Shown: positions 1-12,720, counted from the first letter of the stretch. The stretch is 64,000 nt of DNA from Utricularia gibba (GCA_002189035.1 CM007990.1:1612001-1676000), one strand, 5' to 3'. Notes: generated from the sequence alone by a model not told the origin. Translations and numbers: made by a program.

Positions 1-1134
1 TTCCTCATTCCTCTTTCCTTCGAACAAAAGGTTGAGACATCTCTGGGTTTGTTGAAGGAAGTTTTTTTGTCTTGTGAGCCACCATATTTTTCTTGTTTTT
101 GCACCACCATTACACTTTGTTGTAGATGCTGGCTCATAGATTCAACATGTCTCTCAATCCCCAGAACCATGGATAGAACCTCGGCTGCTGAGGGAATAGG
201 TTTCATAAACAAAATCTGCCTCCTAATGTTTTCATATTCCAGGTTAAGGCCCATAAGTTAACAAAGTTGTTTTTCAAGGCTTGCATAAGAGATACTTGCT
301 GTCCACAGCTACACATTGCGGGGGATAAGGTTGACATGAAGTCCTTCCAGAGAAGTTTCCGTTTGGTGTTGTGGTCACTAATTGTAAGACTGCCTTGAAC
401 AAGATTGGTGAGTTACTTTCTTATCTCAAAAAGCATTGGTCCATTACTACTTTCCTACTTTTGCTGTAACTCTAGTCATAGCTCCCTTGCTATCTCACAA
501 TTAAAAGACGGTTGTAGATCTGGAGAGATAGAGCTCATAAGCCAAGCTAAGACCATGGCATCTGCCTGAATCCAATCGTCGTACAAAGTAGAGTGTCTCT
601 TCTGGCATAGATAGTCATCCATCGATGGAAGCTAGTTTCTTTTTAGCTTTAAGAGCAACTCGGACTCCCCTGCTCCAGAGCTTGTAGTTTCTCAATGTGA
701 GAAGGGTGCTAATGAGAGATTGATTGGGGTTCTGTGACCCATGTAGTTTTACGATGCTAGCAACAACCTCTGTGGGTAGTGCTAGCATCGTTCCAAAGGA
801 TTGTTCACTACTTGGAGTGTCCTCATCTTCTTTTCGAAGAGTTGGGTTGCCATTTTTCGCCATCAAAGCTTTGAGAGTTCAATCACCTCGCTCTGATACC
901 ATGTGAAGAAAAAAAAAACTTGTTCATTCTTCCATCACCAGTTGAGAATACAAGGCAACTCACATTTATTACATCATTGCTTCTTTCGTCAACCACACAT
1001 TTTGTCTCCTGTAGCTCAGTTTCTTGAGCCAACAGTTTTGTCTCCGCCTCCTGTATTCTCATGGGTTTGGGCCTGACGACTCAGCATGAAATGGGCGTTG
1101 TGATTTGGTTTCGTGCATGTGCTGTCATTCAACA
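1..1134 (-). mobile_element. Degenerate Ty1/Copia LTR retrotransposon, 5' end (5' LTR about 902-1134, PBS, gag with stops); continues off the left edge
   Basis: The minus-strand translation shows Copia gag motifs (LRNYKLWSRGVRVALKAKKKLASIDG; WIQADAMVLAWLMSSISPDL; LMGLNLEYENIRRQILFMKPIPS) with in-frame stops. TGGTATCAGAGC follows an LTR-like segment with termini TGTTGAA...TTCACA. Confidence 0.85.
890..901 (-). promoter_or_regulatory. Primer-binding site complementary to the initiator tRNA-Met 3' end
   Basis: Plus-strand GCTCTGATACCA reads TGGTATCAGAGC on minus, immediately after the ...CA LTR end and upstream of gag. Confidence 0.85.
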
Positions 1135-1297
1135 ATCGAGGCTAGTGTTTTTTATTCAATTTAATATTTTTTATAAAAAAATTATAACATTTCTAAAAAT
1201 AAGTTATTATTTTTATTTTTACAATATTAAAATTTAATCCATTATAAGATTTGCAGCGTTATTTCCTTTGGTTGACAAAATGCATTTTTGGTATATG

Positions 1298-1889
1298 CTA
1301 CGTATCAGGACCTAAAGGCGGAGGCTTATTGAGTAGGTGGACATTGGCGGCGATTCCTTCTGAGCCATGGCCTGTTTTACTGAGTGATAAGCTCTTGAAG
1401 CTGCTTAATTGGCATGATTTTCGATATTTGGAGGAGTTTACTACGTGCCTATGTTTGCCTTCTTCCTCCACCTTGGCAACCATGAGCAGGTTGCTGATGC
1501 TGCCGCAGTAGAAGGAGCAAACAGGAGCAGGAAGAAGGGAAGTAAGTGCACTACGCACACATCTGGTGGCCAGTCTTGGATTTGAATCAAGAAACGATGA
1601 TCGAAGCATATCGAGCAAAGATCGAGGTGGGAGATAGGAATAGCAGCATTGTTGATCAGACAATCCCAAGGTGATGGAGATGGCATGGAGAATCGGGTTC
1701 CTCTTGAGTTGGCTTTCTCCCTTTCCTTGTTGGCCTCCATTAGAGCTTGCTCCAGAAGGGCTCTTGCCTCCTCATTGAGTTCATGCATGAATTTCAGAGG
1801 TGTTGGGCAGACGAGAGGCTCCATTGAGGAAGGATTCAGTAAAGTGTGTGTCGTGGTTGTATCTCATAGCTATTACATATCGTATTCTC
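1298..1889 (-). pseudogene. Orphan last exon of an XBAT31-like ankyrin-RING E3 ligase, frameshifted
   Basis: After a TTCTAG acceptor (AG at 1891-1890) the pieces read GRIRYVIAMRY / LLNPSSMEPLVCPTPLKFMHELNEEARALLEQALMEANKEREK / CSICFD / GHQMCA*CT / APVCSFYCGSISNLLMVAKV / SSFKSLS..GHGSEGIAA. This parallels the XBAT31 C-terminus as recalled. There are several frameshifts, a TAG stop and a deletion inside the RING. No ankyrin exons were seen upstream. Confidence 0.8.
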
Positions 1890-2384
1890 CTAGAACATGA
1901 AACATGAAAAATATGACAATTTAAATCATAATAACTACAAGGATTTTTGTTTTCAGATGCAACGAGCATAAAGAGAAGTACCCCGATGTTTTCAAATGAA
2001 TCCATGTAATACCCATTAAATCAAAACTATCTACATAGGTGTACAAAAATAATTTTCAAGAGTAAATTTTGCATATACATTATAGTATATAATCAATCAA
2101 AAAGAAATATCAAGTTTTCCCTCATTTGTACACACTTGGGATTGGTGGTGTTTGTAAAACACCGATAGAGTTAAAAGCTTTTTTTGACGACACAATCCGG
2201 TCAGAAACGATAAGAAAAAGTAAAAAAATCAGTTTGCTTCAAATGTAGAGGAACATTCTTTGTCATCTTCAATGATAAATATGAGGATAAAAACCCACAA
2301 AACAAATATCAATACAAAATTCTAACCTTCGATCTGCAGCTATCCAATATTTTAAGCAAATGTAAGATTTCAATATTTTAGATG

Positions 2385-4560
2385 CCACATTTAATCTCTT
2401 TGATGAAAGAACCTAACCACTTAAACTAAAGGCACTTTCAAAAGCTAGTGTTGGAGCAATAGGTGTGAGAATAGCTTTTGCAATCACAACTAAGTTCGAA
2501 GAGATGCTTGATTTTTCTATTAACCCAATATATCAAAGTTATTTTTCAACTGTCCAGCTAATTGATGCATTACATTGTACATGACTACTTTACTTATTTT
2601 ATTAGTTGTAGAAATGGAAATATAAACTGTCACTAGTGATCAGTAATCATCATGGCAATAGAATTCCCTTCAGTATTCTCCACTTGTTCAAAAGATCTAC
2701 CAGCATCATTCTCCATCTCATAAATTCATATAGATACCCAAGTGCTTTCATAGCATTATCATACATGGAATTAGCAATAAGACATACATCAGGTATATTA
2801 AGAGATGGATAATAATCACAAGTCAACCCAAATTTACATGCCATCGAATGAAATGAAGAAACAAAACATGCCTTCCGTTCTTCAAATTGTTGTAAAGCAA
2901 TGTGCACAACTTTTCTTCTATATATAGGAATAAAATGAGGATGTAATCTAGATTGATAAAATTGGCACATTAATGGATTTTCTACATCAATAAAGAGTTG
3001 TTCACTAATAATCAAAGCTAACACACAATTAATTTGTGCAAAATGGGCAACAAACAAAAACTTAGAAGTATTGTTACCCCCAACAACATTCAACTTGGAC
3101 TATCTGTTTATATTAGTATGTTTATCAAAGTCTTTAGTCCTAATATGTCTCAGAAAATTAAAAGTAGATCTACACTTACCATGATTATACACAATAGCAC
3201 AATACTTACATGTTACCTGATGAACGTTGGAATGGGTTGCTAAATGTCGTGGTCTAGCACATTCAACGCATCAAAAAAATTTATAAATCTAACTATTCTA
3301 CTACAAAAATATCAGGAATTAATGTAGTGTGGCAAGCAAGTGTCGAATTTATAAGGAATGGTTGTAATTTCCTGAAGTTTAACACATTTACTGGAAACAG
3401 GGTTTTCTGGGGTTTAGTTCTAACGTAGGTAAGATCTAAAATAACAGTGACTGAAATAAACGAGTTGCAGGGGTAAAAAGGGATTGAAATTAACGTGAAG
3501 GTGCAGAAAAATAAAATAAAAGTAATTTGGCTGGATTTTAGACCAGAGTCTGGCTCTTGTGTCACTCAAGAGAGCCCTTAGGCTGAAATCCAGCTTGGAA
3601 CGCTTAAAAACAGAGTAATAGTTTGTAGAAACAGAGCATGGTTCGTAGGAACAGTAAAAGCGTGTTAAACTTAAAGGCAAACATGAAAGGCTTAGTCAAC
3701 AACATGATTAAACGCAGAAATAAGATCTACAGAGGATTTATCGTTCACGACAAGGTGCAAAAACATAACAGAAAGCATGTAAACATTGAAGGAAACAGCA
3801 GCTAGTTGTTAACGAAATAGAAGTGCAGAAAATAGAAAATGAAGTGTCTAGCGGTTGCTCTCGGTCGTAGATCTGCTGGAAATCAAGTTTCTGGGCAGAA
3901 AGACGGTGTAAACACATAGATCTGGAGGTCGCCGGAGAAACGGAGTTCTCCTTGCTCCTACTCGCTCCTGTTCGCTGTCTGTGCACTCTGCGTGCACAGT
4001 GTACTCTCTTTCTTCTTTCCCTTCCTTTTCCCTTTTGCAGCTCAAAATTAAGGGCAGCATTGTCCTTTCCTCAATCTTCTAAAAGGGAGATCTCTACTTC
4101 AAATCTTATCTTTTCAGAAGGGCGGCTACTTTCGGTGGAAAGTGACTTTTGTACAGTTTTTCTGTCTCCTTTGACTTGTCAACGCAGAAAGTGTGCTGCT
4201 ATAGTACTAGCTCTTGCCCTGGTAAGACTTAAAACATAGACTAGACGAAATATTAGAGTTTTCGACTCAATTGTTGCCAATGGAACCTGTTTTCACAATA
4301 AACATATTTCAACATTCTAAATATGCAAAAGAATAAATTTTAACCCTACAAAACACACTTAAAAATATATATAAAAACAGAATAAAAACGGTGTTATTAT
4401 TACCTTTCCAACATCCTTATCTTAAATAAAATGCTCATGCCAACTCTATTTTCTAGAGGTGGGTGAAGAACCACCTGATTCACCCATAGTGTTCCCCTCA
4501 ATCACTTCTAAGTCATCATCCATGAATGTTACAAACTCTAGAATTTGATGGATTTGAAGA
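2385..4560 (-). mobile_element. Degenerate hAT (Ac-like) transposase, interrupted by a solo LTR
   Basis: N-terminal part SSPTSRK*SWHEHFI*DKDVGKV (about 4400-4560) joins across the LTR to a BED finger VTCKYC...STFNFLRHIRTK (about 3100-3217). The hAT dimerization motif NFDILG**KNQ...IAKAILTPIAPTLAFESAFSLSG*VL lies at about 2385-2555. ORF 2650-3093 is a decayed core. Confidence 0.75.
3218..4399. mobile_element. Solo LTR (1182 bp) with 5-bp target-site duplication; termini resemble Gypsy/Athila-type LTRs
   Basis: Begins TGATG and ends TATTA (expected ATCA, so one C>T change). Flanked by TTACC at 3213-3217 and 4400-4404. Removing it plus one TSD restores the hAT reading frame. No coding domains seen inside. 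Confidence 0.75.
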
Positions 4561-4859
4561 CAAAATCATGTGAACTTGTGTCAAGCAATTTATGGTTAAC
4601 AAAAAAAATTAGAAAAAATAGAGAATATATTGTTGATTTTCACAGGAACAAGAATGATTGGAACTAGATAGAAAAGAGAAATCTAAAAGAAGTAAATGAA
4701 GATAAATCAAGAATGAAAACCCTAGCTGGCACCCAAGCTTATCTGTCAATGTCAATGTAACTCGTAACCGTTTGAAATGAATATGAATCACAGGTTCAAC
4801 TCATGGCCGGTCAACCCGATGGATACAAGGATTGATCCGCTGTTGTGCCCATATCTAAG

Positions 4860-5075
4860 TGTGACACAGTTTTATAAAATGATTTCACTATGTCTGAATG
4901 GGCTTCATAGGAACAACACACTAAGATCCAAGATCACATGGCTATACTAGTGAACTTTCAGATTCAATGCTCTATTTCAAAAATTGGCAATTTATACCAT
5001 AAGTATTTCATAATACTCAATATCATGACAACTCATTTAAATTGGAACACATTTATGCACCCATAAATTAAAGAT
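4860..5075 (-). repeat. Dispersed repeat, inverted homolog of 18628-18846 (probable LINE 3' region)
   Basis: Its reverse complement aligns by eye over about 215 bp, e.g. TTGAAATAGAGCATTGAATCTGAAAGTTCACTAGTATAGCCATGTG vs TTGAAATAGGGAATTGAATCTGAAATTTCAGTAGCATACCCATGTG. Confidence 0.7.
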
Positions 5076-6352
5076 TCTCAAACCCATTGTGTTGTAGACA
5101 TAACGAAATCATGATCAAATAATATCCTCATAGAATAATGCTCAGTAAAGAAGTTCCCCAAAGAACATAACTAGATGAAGAAGGCTTATCAAGAGATGTC
5201 ATGAAAGGCCCTATGCATAGTGTACAGAATGCCCTGATAGATAGATCTCGAAAAAACATTGATGTTATAAAAAAATATCATCTTTTTAAGATGGACTCAA
5301 AGTAGCTCAAGTTTTAGATTTTTGTGATTAGAAAACAGTAAAATTACGAAGATTTCCTTAAAAGAATAGAGAGAAATCCGAGTGTTAAGAGAAAACCCCT
5401 TGAGAACAATGTTACTCGTAAATCCACTAGCACTAGAATGAATTTGGGAAAAAAGATGAAGATTTCTCGGAGGAATGTTGTTTGATGCAAGTTGGTAGAG
5501 AGGATGAGGTTACTTTCTTTTGAAATGAAATCACATATAAGACCCATAGTTTGGCCTTGTCATTTAGTGATATGCACCTCCTTTTATATACATCCATTGA
5601 TAGATATGGTTAGTTATTTCTTTTCTTTAAGACTACGTTTGGTTAATGAGTTTAGCCAGGTTTATAGATAGGTTTAATAATTTAGCAGCATCTGGTACAT
5701 AATTTATTGATAGGTATAAATTTACCCGATACGTTTAGATAAACCCATCAATAATATATAGGTATGATCTAAGTGGATTTAAATATACTCATTTTATAAC
5801 ATCCTTCATTTTCCATTTTTACCCCTATTTTTAAGGGTATTTAAGTAACTTTATATATAAATATATTAAATACATCTTTTATAAATTAGCATACCAAACA
5901 CATGTAATAACAAACATAAATAATATCAACTGGATAACCAAACACATTTCCTACACAAAACTCATGATTATAGGTTTAAAGATACTTAAATAATTCATAC
6001 CCAAGTTAAACTCAAACCCACTAAGCAAAGTAGCAAACAAGCTAAATATTGGTTCAAAATCTGATGCTTGGATGTATTGGGGAGATCTAATGGTAGATAA
6101 CTCCGGAGGTAAGTTTTGTTATGCTTTTTTTGTTCGTTGGGCCTACCAACCCATTGGGCATATATTGGCCCCTAAGCACGCCATGATTATCGGGCATGTT
6201 GACACATTAATTATGTGATTCCTTAAGTATATAAGGTATGAATTATGATTAATTTTTAAAAAGTAATATACTATAACAAATAATAATTAAAAAATAAAAT
6301 AATATTATATTTATTATTTGAAAAAATATACTAGGTACATAAAAAATTATAT

Positions 6353-6355
<3 letters not shown>

Positions 6356-6389
<34 letters not shown>
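6356..6389. repeat. (AT)17 microsatellite followed by short ATTT repeats
   Basis: Directly visible. Confidence 0.95.
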
Positions 6390-6393
<4 letters not shown>

Positions 6394-7882
6394 TATTTAT
6401 TTATTTATTTATTTATTATTTTTAATATCTCAAATAATATATTATTTTATTATTTTTTCTCATTTCAAATAAGTGTATTTCATTAAAGAAAAAAATAGGG
6501 AATATTTATCTTATTTTATTGTAATGCAGAGTATTTAGCAGACTTAGTTTTTGCAGTGGAGTATTTTACTAAATTCCTGATTAGAGTTACTTCCTCTTAT
6601 TGTGTAACATCTTGTTTGGGAGGAATTAAATTATATAATAAAATACAACTATAAAAAGTATGAAATAAAAATCTCTATATCCATCCACAATGTCCATTCA
6701 AATTAAAAAAATTATGTTTGAATTTTTTTTATGAGAATTGAAGTTGATCCAATCCAAGAAAGTGCACCCATGCACTAAGTCATGAAAAGATATGTGAAAG
6801 GAATTTAAGTTGTTCCGCGGTGTCAAGTAACGTGAATTTTCTTCTTTCCTTTACGCGATTTAATAAAATGAATATTCTTCTCTCAACTGCATTCAGTTGT
6901 TTTTATTATAATAAATATAATGAATTTTTTTCTCTCCCCCAGACTTACCTCAATTGACTTTTTCAAATGCACGTAAATTCACATCAAATGTAGTTCATGT
7001 GAATTTAGATATGGTTGAGTGACATTGGTGTAGTGCATATGACATTCATCAACTTCCCAAAGAAGAATTAGAGTTGAAGCTTATTATAGATAATATTTTT
7101 CTCACAAAACAGGTACAGCAGTCAATAGTGAACCAAACTAATGTCTCAAAATGTCAAATTGCTCTTAGGTCATTCACACCTTTGTACTATTCAATTCATT
7201 AATTGTAATTATATATTGCTGACAACCTCCTAGGAAGAAAGGGCAAGTTAGAGCATATTAATTAAATAAAATATTATAATTTTTTCCCATTTCTCATTCT
7301 TCAATCTGCATCTTCTTGACTTTTATTGAATCCCTTGTCAAATGATTATGAATGTGTATCTTAAACTTTGATTGAGTGAAACTTAAAAATTATATATTTG
7401 AATTCAAGTATTTATGAAAAATAAATTATACATTAAATTGTGTGTTATACTTGATGATGATATATACTATTATATTAATATTATTTCATCTTGGTTTCTA
7501 AACCTTGAGTCACGTATGATTGATATTTCACAACTTCTGCTTTTATATTTAGTTAAAACTACTTCACATTCACAAGAAACTTAGGTAGAACTTGAAAGGA
7601 GGAGGCAGTTTGTCAAGTCGTCGTAGACATCAGGTTTGATAATAACAGTAATCGAAGTATCCAGAAACTTCCAAATATAATTGCTAGGAAATCATTAGCC
7701 AAAAAGAGTAGCAACGTGTTCCTAAAGCAAAAAAAAGCAAATGCGAAATCCAAAAGTTACTCTTTAATTTTGTAATGTTATTAGAATATATAACGTATTT
7801 CACAACGAATGATTGTGTTCTTCTGCAATGGGCTTGTAAACACACGTATGTCTTAGCCGCGCAGCAGTCCAATCTCTGTTTG

Positions 7883-8669
7883 TTAAGCAGCTCTCTCGCC
7901 GCCGTAGAAATAGGGGTCAATGTTGCTGAAGTTTTGGTAAGCTTGCAGATCGCTGAGCCCATCGTGGTACGGATTCTGATAAGCGCATCCGGAGAAGTCT
8001 TGGGTGCTGGACATGGGAAAGTTCAGGGTCAGCGATTCGTCGGGGACCATTCCCTGGGAGTTTGTCAAGTCGTCGTAGAACGAGTACGCCGACGCGGAAG
8101 CGTCCCCGTAAAGGACGGCCGCCGACGGAATGGTCGTCATTGCTCCGATTAGTTTCTTCTTCAGCTTGGTGTTCCAGTGGTTCTTGATATCGTTGTCTGT
8201 GCGTCCTGGCAAGTGCGTCGCCATTATTGACCACCTAAGTTTCCGTGATCAAAATATTTTCGTCAACAAGTTAATCCAATTCCATTATGTAATTAACACC
8301 TTAGAGCTGGAAACAGTTCATACCTGCTACCGATAGCCGCGTAGAGCGAACATATAATCCTGTCTTCCTCATCGGAAAAGTATCCATGTTTAAGATTAGG
8401 CCGGAGGTAATTGAGCCACCTTAATCTGCAGCTCTTCCCACATCTCTTCAGCCCTGAGGAATTCACACCATGTCACTAGGGTTTACCTTAACGCCTGTAT
8501 AGAGGATTGCCAAGTGTTTTGTTTTCCTGTTACCTGCTTTCTGAGGTAGAGCAATCCAGCTTCCATCAGTACCAAACTTCTCAATGAAATCCTTCAGAAT
8601 GGCATCTTCTTCAGGCGACCATGGCCCTCTCTTGACCTTCGCCTTATCGCAGCAGGGAGCTCTTCCCAT
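7883..8669 (-). CDS. R2R3-MYB transcription factor of the RAX/Blind (MYB36/37/38/84-like) group, 205 aa
   Basis: Exons 8669-8534 (136 bp), 8453-8324 (130 bp) and 8234-7883, all GT-AG, total 618 bp. Protein: [22 protein letters not shown]...[27 protein letters not shown]...[31 protein letters not shown]. Confidence 0.95.
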
Positions 8670-11149
8670 CTTCAGCTCTACTCGTCACAAGATGCGCAGC
8701 CCCTTCTTATTGGGAGCTTCCTCTCTCCCAATAATTTGACTTTGCTCATGTCTTGGCGGGTGTCACTGGGACACAGCTTTTTAAAAAAGAGAAACTCCAA
8801 ATGTCAAAGAGGCGTTTGCGCTCAATTTGACTTTCTGTTTCAAGTGCCATCATTGTCTGAAAAAAAGGATTGAAACTTGTCATGAATTCCGGACAACTCT
8901 TTCCTATATTTGAGCATTATTTTACTCTCGGAGGCTTCAACGAGTCGGTTCACAGCAACATGATCCACATGTTTCTTATCCACGTGATCCAAAAATGTAT
9001 ATGCACTGCCGCTGCTTGAATTGTTCAACCTCATTGACCCTATAGAAATTCAACCAATTCAAGTTAGGTCGTATTTGATTTTGGGTGCCCCGCCCGTTTA
9101 TGGCCACAGCTTGTAGACAAAAACATTACGTCCCTGTGACGAAAAGATGAGGTGGATCCCGGGTAGGGGGTGCACTTGAGTTGGTTGGTGGCACCCGAGA
9201 CCAAGTACAATTGCTACTCGATAAATTAGTATTTGTTTGGTTCTATACTTTCAAAAGCTGTTTTAGGTAATAAAATAAGGAATAGAACAATATCAGAGAA
9301 AAGCGCATTTACTCTTGTTACAAATCGTGAACTTTCCTCATAAATTGTGATCTTTCCTTGAAATTGAACATTGAAATATTGTTCAAATGAATTAGGTATA
9401 GTAAACATGTAAGATTTTCAAGGTGTTTAATAGTATAGTATATAAGATTTATATTTAAATTTATACACAAATCATCATTTGATTAATCAACATATGTATA
9501 TCAATATTATATAATTATACTACTCACATATTCATTTTTTTAGTATATGAATGATATTCATGAATGGAGGATAGGGGGAAAGGAGAGTTTAATTATATTT
9601 ACATAAAGACATGCTTTCTCATTTATATCATTTTAAAAATTATTTATCCTTTTAAATTATAACTGGTGTGTTTTTTTGTGGATCTTTCTCTATTCATCTC
9701 TTTTTTATGGAATCAAATTCTCTACGAAATGATTCAATAAATCAAATTATATCTTACACTTCTATTCTCAGATATCAAAAATATATTTGTTATATATCTT
9801 TCAATTGATTATATTCGTATCCAATTATATTATATTTAAACATACAAATATCCTTATTTGTGATTTATGTGTGAGTATACCATTTTAAAAATATCAGTTT
9901 TTTTTTATCACTCTCTTATTTACTCATTCATTCGTATAACTTCACTGACTATTTTTTTCAATAAAGATACTCATAAATTTCTGCTCTTTTTGCAATAAAA
10001 ATCATCGTATTTCGTAATTATACTATTTATAGAGCACTTTTCTAGAAACACCCATTATTAAGGCTTGTAACACCAACCAACCACCGTGTCCGTTTTGATT
10101 GGTATCTTCACAGTCCACTTTCATAAACTTTCTTCGTGAAATGATAACAATATAAGTTATGGTATTGCAATGTTACATGATTTTCGTTTTTACGTATGGT
10201 GGATGTAGAGGGTATAATAGTCAGTTCATTTATGTAAGGTGGTATGAACATAACTTATATGTATGGATGCCTTTCAGTTTTGTAGGCTGTATTCACAGTG
10301 TGTCACAGAAGCCAAAAGTAGACTTTGAGAGCCGTGCATGGAATGATGATGAGCATCTCCCTTCTAAATTCAACTCATGAGTCATCCTTCCCATGACAAT
10401 ACTTTTCTTTTTTTTTTATTTTTATACTTTTAAAATAATATTATTATTTATTTTCTTAGGATAAATTATATATATATATATTTTACCGTATTACAACCAT
10501 AGTGACCTCGTGTTCATTACATACCCTCAGTTTTTACTGCAAAATTGTGATTTGGCAGGGCTTAGCAATTTGGTGATGGCAAGCTCTGATTTTGTTTGTA
10601 TTTCACTTTTTCCAATTGTATTTACATATAATACTGCATCCGTATATTTTTTATATTGGTTCAACTCATTTTTTGGCATGGATTTCGGGCGTAATGCAGT
10701 CTCATAGACTTATTTTGCTGTAGTGTTGAATTCTTATATTGTTAGTTTGACTCGTTTTTTGGCATGAGATTCTCAGTATTGCTGAAATTTTGAGTGTAAT
10801 GCACTTCATTTGTTATGAAATTAAATGCAGGAACAAAAAGGTTGTTTTATTTTATTGAAAACCTTCTACAAATATATGTACAGAGTTTAACAAAGCAGGT
10901 GCATATATATTGCATACCATTTTTAATGGCAAAATGGACTCAATTTCGGGCTTTTGGAAATGGTATAATTTTAATTAGAAAAAAATGTTCACATAGTTGT
11001 TAAACAAAGGATGAGTGAACTATAAGAATGGAGGAATAAATAAAGAGATGAATCATAATAAGACCTATATTTTCAAATTCGTGTTTTTTTAATTTGTTTT
11101 AGTAAATTATCAACGTTAAATACTAATAATGTAGCAATGAATAGACTTC

Positions 11150-11930
11150 ATAATGCATGTTTTGCGCATTTCCACTATTTGGGTAGGGCCTTCCAATGTA
11201 GACATGCATGGTCTAAGGCTCGTGCCTGTCCAAGGAATCTGCCAATCTACATATTCAATATTTTTATGCTTGTTAAGTTCTTCCTCTCTCCTAGCTTTGC
11301 AGACACTTGGATGTGCTTCTTTTCTTGACAGTAATGGCAAACTTTGTCAGGATGGTAGAACCAGTTTGGGGCACATGGTTCGTTTGCAATAAGGGCAAGG
11401 AGGTGATCAGGATCTCTTTCCTTTTCATCCATCCCCTTGTTGGAGTTAAGGTAAGTGGTCTACAATGCCTCTTCATCTATTTCCTTGCTTTGATATTTTT
11501 CATCATGGATTTCACCATATTCAAGGCCTTCAATCAGATGTTTAGGATTAAGCTTCTTCATCGCACCAGTGGAGACTGTAGCAATGACTGAGGAGTACTC
11601 TGACTACCTTTTTCTTTACCCTCTTGTCATCAACATTCTCATTGAAGGGCTTTGAGCCTTTTTATTGAAGGCAATAGGGTCTCAACAAATGATGCAATTG
11701 AGCTTCTCGGAGTAAGTTTCAGGTCGTCTATTAATCACCATAAGGTGATGATCTCTTTCTACTTTTTCTCTTCTATAACAGAGAACTTCGAGGTAAGTGT
11801 GTCCTATACTCTTTTCATGATCTTGTAGTATATGATATGGTTGTATGCTTCCCCATCAATAGCTGCATCCAGAATGTTTTATGGTTTGAACTGATACAAA
11901 TTCTGTGGTTTTTTAATCTCTGTTGTAAGT
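11150..11930 (-). mobile_element. Degenerate Copia gag fragment (UBN2-like region, zinc knuckle, possible protease start)
   Basis: Minus-strand pieces NILDAAIDGEAYNHIIYYKIMKRV*DTL and VCHYCQEKKHIQ, with many stops and frameshifts. No LTR or PBS found. Confidence 0.6.
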
Positions 11931-12178
11931 ACATTATCACTTATCTAAAACATGACAATTATTTTTTTAATGCAAAACATGCATCTTAAATTGCAAGATT
12001 TAAATGCAAAATAGCAATATATAAGCAAATTCCGGATGTAGAAGAAATGGATATGAATAACGAGAAGACTTTACCGTTTCCAAAAATAACTAACTGTCAA
12101 TATCCAAAAACATTAATAGTAAAAAAAAAACAACTAGCAATCAACTTCCAAAAACAAAGCAAGTAACCTAATTTAAAA

Positions 12179-12560
12179 CTACTGCCCGTTTTCTCCAACA
12201 ATATCAAGGAGAATGCTCTCACGCTCTTCATCATTAGCAGCAGCAAAGTACTTAAGTTTGATGGGGTTTGATGCGATGATCTCTGTAATCTGTAATCTGT
12301 AAATGTTGCATGGGTGACAGATGGAGTGCCATTGTTCGGATGATCTCCAGTATCCTTGTTTGCATTCCGCGAGATCACTCATTTGTGCGCTAATGACACG
12401 AAGCTCAGCACAAGTTTCATTATGCATTGCTCTCAGTTCAGCCAAGAATGATTCATCTATATTCTTTTTCTTGTTCTTGTTTCGCCCAGTGCATATGACA
12501 CTGAAGATGTCTGGTTCCTTGCTATATGACTCATTGGAGTTTCTCTTTGTGAGAAAGAAA
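12179..12560 (-). mobile_element. Possible PIF/Harbinger ORF1 C-terminal remnant
   Basis: NKKKNIDESFLAELRAMHN...IIASNPIKLKYFAAANDEERESILLDIV loosely resembles the C-termini of Harbinger Myb/SANT-like proteins. No diagnostic domain seen. Confidence 0.3.
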
Positions 12561-12720
12561 TGATCAAAAGAAAGGGTCGGACGAAACTCTTAGAACTTGA
12601 TGTTTTGGAAGGAACAATGGCGGCAAAAACGTGCATCAGGACAGCAACTTTATTGAGCAGAAAAAAGTGATATCAAAATGAATACAACAACAAGGCTTAT
12701 TCCAAGATTATCTTTTTTCG

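Noticed and set aside
5625-5945. Tourist-like MITE (TACGTTTGG...CCAAACAC)
   Set aside because: The TIR match is short, there are two alternative right ends, and no TAA/TTA TSD was resolved.
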